Source: Octopus bimaculoides (taxonomy: Eukaryota). From it: a stretch of DNA of 64,000 nt. Positions 50,011 to 62,610 of this stretch are shown here, in pieces (positions within the stretch are counted from its first letter, which is position 1; every line of letters begins with the position of its first letter). The position numbers were made by a program, and so were the translations under genes. The notes under the pieces are model-generated. The model worked only from the letters and a program-made list of their open reading frames with translations, was not told the DNA's origin and did not search any database. The DNA is taken from NCBI RefSeq assembly GCF_001194135.2, contig NC_068987.1, positions 21,787,161-21,851,160 on the forward strand. The letters run 5' to 3'.

Positions 50011-50172
50011 GTACTTGGGTCAATGTAATCGACTTGCCCCCTCTTCCAAAGTTTTAGGCCTTGTGCCTAGAATAGAAAATATTATTGTTGTTGTTATTTT
50101 CTACTATAGGCACACGGCCTGAAATTTTAGAGGAGGGGATAAGCCAATTATATCAACCCAAGTATAACAGAC

Positions 50173-50433
50173 GTGGAGGCGCGTGGCTTAGTGGTTGGGG
50201 TGTCAGCACCATGATCGTAAGATTGTGGTTTCGATTCCTGGACCAGGCGACGCGTTGTGTTCTTGAGCAAAACACTTCATTTCACATTGTTCCAGTCCAC
50301 TCAGCTGGCAAAAATGAGTAACGCTGTGATGGACTGGTGTCCCATCCAGCTGGGGAACACATATGCCATTGAAACCGGGAAACCGGGCCCATGAACCTGG
50401 CTAGGCTTTAGAAGGGCGCATTTATTTTTATAT
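50173..50433 (+). mobile_element. tRNA-derived SINE family B, full length
   Basis: A and B boxes, ttgagcaaaacacttcatttcac core; 13-bp TSD aagtataacagac at 50160-50172 and 50434-50446. Confidence 0.9.
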
Positions 50434-50879
50434 AAGTATAACAGACATTTGCCTAAGGTATCATACAGTGGAATTAAAACCCCAAACTGTGTGTGTGTGT
50501 GTGTGACTGTATGTGTATGTCTGCATTTTTTTTTACATTTTGCTTATCTGAAAATGATAATTACAGGCAATGACACTGCTGTCATTCCCCTGGCTTTACC
50601 TCTTCATAAACTTGTGAAATGAATTATCTTTTACTTGAAAAATAGTTAAGGGTTAGCATCAGGAAGAACATCCAGCTGTCAAACTAAAACACTGCCTCAA
50701 TGATACATATTTCTCTAACCCATGCTAGTATGCAAAAAAAAAAATAAAAAGAAAAAAAAGCAGATGTAAACATGAAGAATAAATAAATGAAAAATGATGG
50801 GGCGTGATATAAAGGTGATTAAGTTGTTGTTTATAATACATCAAGTCAAGTAACTATGGAGATGCTCCATCACTGATTC

Positions 50880-51140
50880 CTCATCAACTCTGTGCATTTG
50901 TGGCTTAATTCCTTATCTTTACAGAAATGGTTGTATATCATTCCAGTTAAACCCATTTACAAATGGAATGACAAATTCTTTAGCTGTCATCTTGCTTTTA
51001 ATTCAAAAAGCTAAGTCTGCATAATTCCTAAGCTTTTCATCTCAAGTCTGCTTGACATTAAAGCCATCTGGTAGTGCTATGTCAATTAATAGTGAGCTAC
51101 TATTGGTTTTGTCATGAAAAAGAACTGTCTGGCTTCTTAT
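50880..51140 (-). mobile_element. Decayed restriction-like endonuclease (REL) domain of an R4/Dong-type non-LTR element
   Basis: With one frameshift reads KPD/VLFHDKTNSSSLLIDIALPDGFNVKQT*DEKLRNYADLAF*IK...VIPFVNG, matching the RPD..D......K..KY..L...VIPIVIG pattern. Confidence 0.7.
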
Positions 51141-52763
51141 GTCTTATTTTGATTGTGTGCTGTCATGATGCAACTGTGAACAGTCATGTGCTATGGTCAC
51201 AGATATGGCTGTGTTGAAGCGTTTGCTTTGCAATCGTAAGATTCTGCATCCAGTCCCACTGCCTGGCACCTTAGACAAATGTCTTCTATGATAGCCTCCA
51301 GGCCAATCAAAGCCTTGTGAGTGGATTTGGTAGATAGAAACAGAAACAAACAGTTGTGTGTGTGTGTGTGTGTGATTTTGTGCCTCCTTATCTTGACATT
51401 GTAAGCTAAATGGAAACAAAATGTCATCATCACAGTATGTGGCAGAAAACACTCCCATATTTTATACAGCCATTGTCATGATACCAGTGAAGTACCAGAG
51501 GTTGTAACAGTAGTTTTATGCAGCTAATATTTCACCCCCCCCCCCAACTATCATCATGGATTGGAACCAATCAGTATGCACTGTACATTTGCTGCTGAAA
51601 CATTTATCAAGAATTATGAATTTGGGAGGTTCTTCTTTTTGGAGGTGGGGGTTACCATTCACTTTACAAACAGTGTCGTATGCTTGCAAACTCACAAGAA
51701 AAACATGTCCAGATTAGATAGAATTACATTGCTTGGTTAACAGGTGTGGGTTGGTGACATGATGAACATCTGGTAGTAGAAATTTGCTTCAAGAAACTGT
51801 GTCTGACCCATGCAGGCGTGGGAAAATAGACATTAAAACAATGACATTGATGATGGATTTCTGCATTGTTTCCTCCCATCTGCTAATTTCACCAACAAGC
51901 TATTGTGAATAAAATCAGTTAATAGAAATTAAGCAAAAACCCATAATAAAAAAATTTCCAGCTACTGATGTCCAACTTTTTCGATATATATCTTAGACCA
52001 CTAATATTTTCATATGCCCTCCTATTTTAAGATAGTAGTGTGTGATTTAAAGGAGATTTGGTAGTTATTTCCAACAAAGTGATCATTAATATTTTCGTAT
52101 ACCCTCCTAGTAGTATGTGATTAAAAGGAGATTTGGTCGTTATTTCCAGCAAAAGAAAGTGACCACACAGAAGCTTCTTTATTGGCTTGACCATTGTGTA
52201 TTACTGCTATGAGCAGACAGCTCTCCAACAAAATTTCTCCACACATTGCAACTTTTAAAACCAGATTGACCTTAAACAGTATGTTTCACCTCCATAACAC
52301 ATCACAAAACTAATATCAGTAAATATCCATGATGTTGAAAGAGAGCTGGAGGAGATATTTTGGTATCACAAAGAAATTTTCAGTAAGGCAATTACCAATA
52401 TTGCAGATAAACATTCAAAGTCACACACACCAAAAAGAAAGAAAAAGCGTCATGTAGAGGAATTTGATCAGATAACAAGCAATAAATCTATTAACAGAGC
52501 AGCAATGAAACTAGAAAAATCTGGTGACTATAATCATAAAGAATTACAAAGATATGGTGTTGAAGATATGGTCTTACTTACTACAGGACAAAACTTACAT
52601 GAGATAGTGGGTTGTTCTAATTATTAATAATAATAAGAACAAAAGAAACAAAAAACAACTCTTGCATAGTTGAAAAGAATCCAACTTAAGTGGAAAAGCA
52701 GAAGATTTACTATACAGTCGCAGAGTTATTATGGAGCAACTCGAGATAAAATAACAAACACAC

Positions 52764-52814
<51 letters not shown>

Positions 52815-53004
52815 ATATATATGAGAGAGAGAGAGAGAGACATCTACAGGCCTTCTAATGTGAGAGATGACTACTCTGTGACCAGTTTCATTAAACATAA
52901 ATAGCTATATCTTTTCAGGTTTGTTTTCCAGTATTAGCTCCCACAAGATATACATGGAAGCAAGGTAAAAAAACAAAAACAAATTATATATATATATATA
53001 TATA

Positions 53005-53037
<33 letters not shown>

Positions 53038-53439
53038 TAATGTGTGTATAATACACACACACACACATAATACACACATATAAATTTTTCAATGGGAACA
53101 TACTGCCATAACTGAAAAATTTCCCATAAGAGAAAATTGAATTAGAATGCTATTTCTAAAAAAAATAAAAATAAATAAATAAATAAATGAATAAAATATT
53201 ATTAAAAATGGCAAATGGAACATTTAGAAATAAAACTGTTTCGCTTTGTAAACGTAAAGAAATGAAATACTTTTGAAAGAGAAAAAAAAAACTAAGCGCA
53301 AACAGAAATACAAATTTATAACAATGAAGACAGATATCCACAAACACACACCATGTGACATAACACATGTAGCAATACAAACGTACACACACACACTTGC
53401 CATAAGATTCACATTAATAATAATGGTTTCAAATTTTGG

Positions 53440-53850
53440 CAAAAGACCAATAATTTTAGTGAGAGAACATTAGTTGATTAGATCGACCCCCAGTACTTGA
53501 CTGGTACTTTATTTTATTGCCCCTGGAAGGATAACAGGCAAAGCTGAGCTTGGTGGGATTTGAACTCAGAATGTAAAGAATGAAAAGAAATACTGCTAAG
53601 CATTTTGTCTGATGTTGCTAATGATTCTGCCAGCTCAGTACTTTAATGGTCATCATCATAATTGTTTCAAGTTTCCACTCAAGGCCAGTAGTTTTGGAAG
53701 GGTGGGATGGGTTGGTTACATCAGCCCCAGCACTTAACTAGTACTCTATGTTATTGACCTTGAAAGGATGAAAGTTGACCCAGATGAGATTTGAACTCAA
53801 TGTAAACAGATGGAAAAAATGCCAGTAAGCATTTTCCACAACTTGCTGAC
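53440..53850 (-). mobile_element. Two tandem decayed SINE family E copies
   Basis: Family E similarity at 53440-53640 and 53670-53850. Confidence 0.7.
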
Positions 53851-54006
53851 CATGCCAGGACCTCGCCTATACAATGATAATAATAATAATAATAATCCTT
53901 TCTACTAAAGGCACAAGACTTGAAATTATACACACACACACAAGTAAGCAAATAGATGCAATACAAGATAGGGAAAATAGTACTTGAATACTAAAGGTAG
54001 AGTGAT

Positions 54007-54160
54007 ATACTATTTATTAAGGCTGAAAAAAACCCCCCATCACAAACTGTTAGAGTTTCACATTACCATTGTAATTATTGCAACTGTCTGATGAATGGTC
54101 ATGTGAAACACTAGAGTAACAGTTTGTGAAGATTTTGGGGGGTTTTAATAAATGCTATAC
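54007..54160. repeat. Imperfect inverted repeat carrying the hammerhead motif (Penelope-like pLTR candidate)
   Basis: 54040-54070 pairs with 54094-54129; outer arms tatttattaa...cccccc and gggggg..ttaataaat. Confidence 0.7.
54082..54124 (+). ncRNA. Type I (minimal, Penelope-like) hammerhead ribozyme motif, probably partly decayed
   Basis: AACUGU-CUGAUGA-AUGGUCAUGU-GAAAC-ACUAGA-GUA-ACAGUU: 6-bp stem I, canonical CUGAUGA and GAAA cores, weak stem II, 2-bp stem III with palindromic CUAG loop, GUA cleavage triplet at 54116-54118. Confidence 0.7.
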
Positions 54161-55514
54161 ATATATATATATTGGAAGGGGATAGGGTTTTATAAAATCT
54201 GAGCTAAGAGAATGTATAAGAAGGAAAATTAGAATTTAGTTAATCCAAAGAGATGTTCCATACAAATTCTATGTACAGGTAAATATATACACACATATGC
54301 AAAACATATAAAATGCATATACATATGCAGATAGATGCACATACACTCGGGCATTCATGCACACACACACCCATACATACACACACATATAAGTTGTATT
54401 TTTGAATCTTAGAACAAATTCCTTGTCAAGTGTTATTAGAAAGCTTACAGTGAATTAGAAAATAGATCCTGCATACCATATGTAATTTTGAAGGTTTTCG
54501 TTTTTTTAACATAATTTAATCTGTTATCGTTACAGGTGTAATAATGTCTGGTCTTTAGACACTGATCTTAAGAATATTGTCTTTCACTCTTCGAGATGGT
54601 TTTCTTCAATTCTGGTTTAGTAATACAATCCATGATTTTGTGGATGCCACTCTTATCTTGCATTGTTTCCTGTTTGCAGACAAATGATCCAGAAAACTAG
54701 AAAAGAATGTATCCTGTTGCAAACTATGTCAGTATCCTGGTTGCAGATAGGTGAAAATTTTGACACCAAATATTTGATGAAGTGCAGGTAACAGCTCCTG
54801 TGTGTTTTTTGATGGCTAATATGTATCTTCCATGCTGTAATTGCTTTAGTTTCAACACATGGTCTTAGATCAAATCACTTGCTATATAAACACAATTTTG
54901 AAATGTATGTATATACAAACATGTGTATTGGTCTTCTTGTCTTGACATCACATTACAACCTCAACTTTTTCCATCAAGCTCACATAGGTCATTTGGAATT
55001 TGCACACATATGTGTGTGTGTGAATTTTTTCTTTGTAAAGAGTTTGATGGAGAACTTTGGCTAAAATTCTAAGCCTTTTGAGAATGCAATAAAATTCAAA
55101 TATATAGATTGAATTCTTACAGGATGCACAATGACAAACCACATTTGAGTATCTATATGACATAACAAATCTGTAGCCAGTTTGCCTTAAGTAGTGATGG
55201 AGAACTGTGCAAACAGATGAATATCCAAAGTGAGAAATATTGAGAGGGAGAGAAAAGAGCAATATTTTCATAAAACTCAAAATTACCATATAAAACAATA
55301 CAATAATTATAGCCCGGAACATGCAGAAGCACACAGACGTGATGATAAGAGGTAAATCACCTTGACATGTCTATCAAGGTGAACCACTTACAAAGCCAGC
55401 TTATGAAATGCTGTGACATGTACAGCCGACATATCAGTGAAGAGAAATAGACCGACCAGAAACACATCCGGCCCAAATGGTTTTAGAGCAATGACAGGTA
55501 TGTTTAATTTTTTA

Positions 55515-55880
55515 TCTTTTACTTGTTTTAATCATTGGACTATGCCCATGCTGGGGCACTGCCTTGAAGTGTTTTAGTCAAACAAATCAACCCTAATACT
55601 TATTCTTTTAAGCTTGATACTTATTCTATCAGCCTCGCTTTGCCAAACCACTAAGTTAGGGAGATGTAAAAAAAAACAAAAAAACTTGTCAAGTAGTGGA
55701 AATGGACAAACAAAAAGACACACATTTATGACAGGTTTCTTTCAGTTTCCATTAACCAGATCCACACATTTGGTCAACTCAGGGCTATAATAGAAAACAC
55801 TTTCCCAAAGTGCCATGCAGTGAGATTGAACCCAGAACCATGTGGGTTCTTACCACATCTTACTACAGCCACCCCTGCAC
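55515..55880 (-). mobile_element. Decayed SINE family C
   Basis: Family C similarity. Confidence 0.75.
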
Positions 55881-56077
55881 CTATAAATAAAATTCCTTAA
55901 TTAATCCATGTATGTTTTGTTTTTGTTTTTTCTTACTTGCAGTGTCTGGAGGAAGAGGCAATGCTTAAGGCTTTCATGGGCCCTCTGATGCTGGTGATAC
56001 TGATGCTGTTAATGTTTCTCTTGAACCATGATAAGTCAACACTTGTGGGAAAGATGCATGAATTTGGTTTACACGCC

Positions 56078-56720
56078 TATCCTCACCTGTGTCCATAAAT
56101 GTAGGGTAACAACTGAAACAGTATGATTGCAAATACAAGCAGCCAAGATGGGATTTTTCCAAAAGATCTCTGGAGTAGCATTACACAACAAGGTGCATAC
56201 CTTAGAGATCAAGGAGTCCTCCCCAGGTTGAGCCACCACTTCTTTGCACTGAGATGTCACAGCTCCACATTTTTGATACACATAAGTATACAGCATCATC
56301 AATATTTAATGTCTGTTTTCCATGCTGGCATGGGTTGGACAGCTTGGTAGGAACTGACAAGAACAGGGACTGCACTAGGTTCCAAAGTCTGTTTTGGCTT
56401 AGTTTCTATGGCGGGATTCCCTTCCCGATGCCAACCACTTTATAGAATGTACTGGGTGCTTTTTACACAGCACCTTCACCAGTACTTACTATGTGGCACC
56501 AGTCCTTTTTATATGGCACCTTAGTTTTAGGATCTCACATATATTTTAAAATTCGTCTATGGACATGTGATTAGAATGTTGCAGGAAAGAATTGGAAGAT
56601 GGATTCTTCAAGATGAGGTAACAGGAAGGAGACTTAAGAGTAGACCAAGAACAAGATGGTTGGATAATATCTATAGTTTTAGCCAATCACATCTGGGAAT
56701 CCAGCTGGAAAATGTAATAC
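56078..56720 (+). mobile_element. Decayed RTE (Expander/Rex3-like) ORF2 C-terminus, interrupted by a family D insert at about 56290-56520
   Basis: PILTC...IQAAKMGFFQKISGV...VEPPLL..EMSQL, then YGHVIRM...GRRLKSRPRTRWLD. Confidence 0.75.
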
Positions 56721-58516
56721 AACATATCAACTTCAGGTTATTTCTAAACATAACACTGACTACAACCTGATTTTATTTTTGTTTTTAAGTCTGTATTATT
56801 AGACAGGGAAACAAAACACAGCCTGATTACAGCTTGATAGTGCAAGAACAGAATTATCATGAAGAAAATTTACCATGTTGGTGGATTGATGGCAATTATC
56901 TGGGATTCCCAAAATATATGCCCCTAATAGATAGGTAGATACTAACACAAATACATACATACTTATATTCATGTTTGTTTTTATGTGCAGTTATATGAAA
57001 ACAGTTTAAGATTAAACTGAAGTATTACTCAATACTTATTAGTAGAGTATGTATTTATAAATGTTCACGGGGAAAATGTTGACAGTGACATTGAAGTTTT
57101 GGGTTGCTTGCTGTTATCAATTTGATGATGCTGCATTCACAATTGTGAGGTCATGCTTTCAATTCCTGGACTGGGTGGTGCACTGTGTTCTGAAGCAAGA
57201 CACTTCATCTTATGTTGCACTGTGATCACTTCGACACCTGATGCGTGGCACACTTGTGCACTTGAACAGACATCAGTTTGATGGAGGGAGTGAACCAATG
57301 TACAGCACGAACGTTTGATCTCTATAAACAAGTCATCTCTGCAGGTCATTCACAGCAAAAACTGAACACTCATGCCATCTTTAACAGGATATCATCATTT
57401 AATGTCAGTTTTCCATGCTGGCATGGGTTGGATGGTTTGAGAGGAGCTGACTAGCTGAAGAGGTGTTCAGGCTCCTTGTCTGTTTTGGCATGGTTTCTAC
57501 AGCTAGATGCCCTTCCTAATGCCAACCACTTTACAGAGTGTATGTATGCATTTATATATTGATCACTCTTCGTCTTGTCAACTGAGTAAGATATTCTATA
57601 TTTTGTGTATGCATGCACACACACACATACACACACTAAAGTGAGCATAACCTGGTACCATAATCCATGCTTTCACAAGTTGTATTTGGTGCTTATGTAG
57701 TCACAAGCATGGTCACCCTCTCAACCCTCCCAACATTAACCCAGTGGAACACAGAGGATCAAACAACTGAGTGGTGGGTGGAGAGAGAAAGAGAGAGAAC
57801 TGCATCAGCACAAGGGATAGTACTCATTTTCAGCTGAGTATAATAGAGCAAAGTAAAATGAAGTACCTTGCTCAAGGACATACATGCACATCCGCATATA
57901 TAGACAATGTGTACTTGTAACAAATAATAATAATCATAATAGCAACCCTGATTACCAAAGGAATCTGGAAGTCATCATCAAGGGTTCAAACCTAGCTGCC
58001 ATGTCATATAATTAATAAAACACCAATCCACAAGCGACTGTTTGTTACAAAATGCCATACACATCAATAACAACCATTTCCTCCTGAAGATAATACCATG
58101 AAGATTTAGAAACATTGATGAATATGGGAACTTAAACTGTTCTCCTCAAAGCATACCTATAAGGGAGCCTTCAGATGTTAATTGCAATGATAGAAATAAT
58201 AATGAAATCCCCCTCAAATCACACCCTAAAGTCTTAGTTAAAAAAAAAAACAGGTATGCATTGGATAATACAGTGCTCATAATGACGGCATGGTCATGAG
58301 TGGAATGGCTTTGATCATCGGTCTGCTTGACTAAAGCAGATCTAAGGCTAATCAAGAATAGTAATTTATTATCATTTTGAAATAATAACAATAATAACAT
58401 TTGTAAAGTTTCAAAGTCTGACATCTATGACCTTGCCACTGATATTACACATGTTTTTGCATATGACTGTGCATATGTATGTGAGTATGTATTTGTGTGT
58501 GTGTGTGTGTGTAGAT

Positions 58517-58685
58517 GCAGGCGTAGCTGTGTGGTAAGACGCTTGCTTCCCAACCACATGGTTCTGGGTTCAGTCCCACTGCATGGCACCTTGGGCAAGT
58601 GTCTTTCTACTATAGCTTTCGGCTGACCAAAGCCTTGAGTGGATTTGGTAGATGGAAACCGAAAGAAGCCTGTCATGTATATATG

Positions 58686-58727
<42 letters not shown>

Positions 58728-58903
58728 TACCCCCACCATCACTTGACAACCGATGCTGGTGCAAGTCCCCGTAACGTAGTGGTTTGGTAAAAGTCACTGA
58801 TAGAATAAGTACTAGGCTTACAAAGAATAAGTCCTGGGATTGATTTCTTTAAGGCAAGTGCTCCAGCATGGTTGCAGTCAAATGACTGAAACAAGTAAAA
58901 GAA
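58517..58903 (+). mobile_element. SINE family C, full length
   Basis: Matches family C. Confidence 0.88.
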
Positions 58904-58932
58904 TATATATATATATATTCTTTCTTTTACTG

Positions 58933-58967
<35 letters not shown>

Positions 58968-58969
58968 TA

Positions 58970-59096
58970 TATAAATAAGGGTATCTAAGAGATACCACCA
59001 TGCTTGAAATAGCAGTAAAAACCTGACTCTAAAACCATATCAGGTTTTGACTGCTATTTCAAGCATGGTGGTATCTCTTGGATACCCTAATTTATA
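58970..59096. repeat. Near-perfect hairpin: 57-bp arms with 3 mismatches, 13-nt loop
   Basis: 58970-59026 is the reverse complement of 59040-59096. Confidence 0.93.
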
Positions 59097-59450
59097 ATTT
59101 TGATAATTATTATAACCTACAAGGTTTTTTCCTTCCCACGCTGCCACTAGATTTGATCGCAATTTAAAATAACGATCTTATCCTTATTCATATATGTTAC
59201 TGTATTTACCTTTTGATTCAGTTATTGGACAATGGTCATGCTGGGGCATTGCCTTGATAAATTTACTTGAACAAATTGACTCCAGTATTTATTTTCTAAG
59301 CCTGGTAATTATTCTATCAATCCTTTTTGCTGAACAGTTAAGTTACAGAGAAGTATACAACCTAACACTGGTTAAGTGGTGGTGGTGGTGGTGGTGGTGG
59401 TGACAAACATAAAGACACATACACACACATGTATATGTGTGTGTATTTGT

Positions 59451-59488
<38 letters not shown>

Positions 59489-59698
59489 NNNNNNNNNNAA
59501 ACAGACAATTACAGCTTGGTACAGCTCTCCAGCTTGCCAACTTTTGTCAAACTGTCCAACTGATACCAGTGTTGAAAACAAATGTTAATTAATGACATAT
59601 GTAAACAATGGGCTTCCACTTAGTTTCCATCAGTGGGCCCGACCCAGAAACCAAATGCCTGCAAAGTGAACTTCTGATCATACAATGATTCCTGTGAC

Positions 59699-59749
<51 letters not shown>

Positions 59750-60440
59750 TTGTGAAAGAGGACAAGTGCCAAGGCATAACAATCATCTCAAGTCATATAC
59801 ATTATTATTCTTAAATTAGTTAAGGTCTTACAGCTGTTTCTGGGATAGTATTATAGCAAGGTATGATTAGTATTTTCACAGTATAAATATCCAGGCAATA
59901 TTTTGGCAGAAATGGGAGTGATGTGTTCATATTGAGGTGGCTGGCTTATGAGAGAATGACACTAGAAGTGGCTACTGAGCAGGGCATTAGCAAGGATTGG
60001 TCATCAGAATGGTTACAAGAATAAAATAAGGAAATATAAAAATATAGAGTAAAAAAAAAAAAAAAAAGCAAATAAGCATAAAAATAAAAAAGATAAGAAA
60101 AAATATAGAAAAATATATAAAGTAGAAATAAGAGTAAATAAGAATAAATTGTAAAATAAGGATACAGATAAAAGAAGAGGGGCGGAAGATAATGGAAGAT
60201 AAAGTAAAAATAAAATGAGAATGGATTAAGTGGAGCAAGAACTCACAGGGAACAAAGAGATTAGGAAAAGGGATGAAGAGAATAATATTTGCCAGCACTA
60301 TTCCTCAAGTTTAGGGTTGGGGCAAGAGTCCAAGCTTTAAATATTTGTGTCTATTGAACAGATGAAGTTCTGGACTGCTATGGTCAGTAGCTGTAGATAT
60401 ATTCCTACCTATGGAGGTATGAATATATTAAATGGTGATG

Positions 60441-60820
60441 TTGGCACTCCGTCACTTACGATGTCGAGGGTTCCAGTTGATCCGATCAATGGAACAGCCT
60501 GCTCATGAAATTAACGTGCAAGTGGCTGAGTACTCCACAGACACGTGTACCCTTAACGTAGTTCTCGGGGATATTCAGCGTGACACAGTGTGACAAGGCT
60601 GACCCTTTGAAATACAGGCACAACAGAAACACGAAGTAAGAGTGAGAGAAAGCTGTGGGGAAAGAGTACAGCAGGGTTTGCCACCATCCCCTGCCGGAGC
60701 CTCATGGAGCTTTAGGTGTTTTCGCTCAATAAACACTCACAACACCTGGTCTGAGAGTCGAAACCGCGATCCTATGACCGCAAGTCCGTTGTCCTAACCA
60801 CTGGGCCATTGTGCCTCCAC
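60441..60820 (-). mobile_element. SINE family A, full length
   Basis: 10-bp TSD aatggtgatg at 60431-60440 and 60821-60830. Confidence 0.92.
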
Positions 60821-61545
60821 AATGGTGATGATGTAAAATCCATTGTAACGATTTGTTTCATACCAATATTGGCTTAAAGCCACTTCAAGGTGCCACAAAG
60901 TATATGGTTGCTAATCTGGTCATCCTCAAAGACATGAAGGATGAATATCATATGTACATATAAAGAATGTGAAATCTTATAATTGTCATTTTTTTTTGTT
61001 GTAGTAGGAATTAATTTTCAAGAAGTATTTTCTTTTACTATCGGTTAAGGGGGGGAAAAAAATGATAAAAATAACAAGAAAGAAAAACAAAGTCAACAGT
61101 TAAGATATAAAAAAAAAAGGTTTTAGAAAAATATGATATAAAAATATATCAAGGAATATAAGGAATTCAAAGAGCATAAATAATATTACAGGTAAATAGA
61201 CGAAGCAAAAGATATATCACCTTGAAGAATGTTATAGAATTATTTGTCTTGCCGCAAGTAAGTTTGCATGTGAAGTAAACTTGGTAAATGTTCATGTTTT
61301 AATGAATTTAAATAAAATTATAAAGTCATTGAAAGAGAAAAAAAGGTGTATTTTTTTTTTTAGAATTTAAGGTTAAAAAAATAAATATATAATGACTAAA
61401 GGAAAATTTGAACCAAGTTTAAAAGTTAAAAGCTTTTAAATTAATCTTTTGTTGTTGTTAGAGGGGGTGGTTATGTAGTTATTTTGTTTTTAAATGTTAT
61501 GTAATCTCCTTTGATTTTGTAAGTAATCCATGAAATAAAGAATGA

Positions 61546-61588
<43 letters not shown>

Positions 61589-62610
61589 TACACACACACG
61601 TATAAGGTGTTGAATCAGGAAAATAATGTTACTACAAAATATACATTGGTTACATTGCAAGACATAAGACAGAAAGAATGATAACAAGCAAAAGATAAAA
61701 GTTAATACTGAAGAAAATCCTAGATTGAATTTCATTGGTTAACATAGAAATCCCACCCCCCAACAAAAAGTAAAAAAAAAAAGAGAGAAAGAAAAAGAGA
61801 GGCAGAGATCAAAGTCTCTCTCCTATCAACCCCACCAAAGAGTGACAAATCTAGGTATAATTATAATGATATATCTTTGATAAACGTCAGAGGTGATTAA
61901 CCACATGTGGTTAAAAAAAAATCTCAATGAATTTGGTCTCTACTACTGTTATTACTGTTGTTGTTGTTGTTGTTACTTAATCTCAGATGAGCAATGATTT
62001 TGGACAAAAAAAAAACAACTAAAAAACACCATTAAACTCCATCTAATGGTGAAACTCCATCTTGGGCATTCAGGAGTTTTGGAGGGCACAGAATCACTCC
62101 TTAGTACTACTCCCAGGTTCACTCTGGTCCAACATAGTAGCACCTATCAAGGACTCTGGTTATGAATCAAACAGCAAAAGATAATCCTCTGGCTAGAGTA
62201 TACAGCAACCAGAGGAAGGCTGGCCCCTTAGGCATGCGTTATACCTGGGACATACTGTGGTGTGAATAAAACTGGATAGATGGAAACTGTGCAGCAGCTT
62301 GTTAAATAAGTTGTACATGTAATTATAAAGCTACAGCCTTGTCACACACTGTCATGCAATAAATTGGTTATACTTCTACAATGTACAAAATATTTTAATG
62401 TTCTTTTTTATACAATTTTCATTAATATTTAATGAGAATTAAATACGGTGGGATTTTTTGTACATATTGAACGGCTATGGAGACCCAGTAGAATAAAATA
62501 GGAATCAAAGGGGTCCATAGCCAAAAAATGGTCGAGAACCATTGCTCAACATGGTTGGGCACTATCTAAATATGTACAAAGACATTCTATATCATAACAG
62601 ATAACATTCA

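Noticed and set aside
54545-54870. Possible mariner transposase C-terminal relic on - (RPCV...ELLP...NFHL...GIHKI)
   Set aside because: Needs several frameshifts and similarity is too weak to assert without a profile search.
59987-60298. 103-aa Phe/Ile-rich ORF resembling a membrane protein
   Set aside because: Reverse reading of an A/G-rich low-complexity tract.
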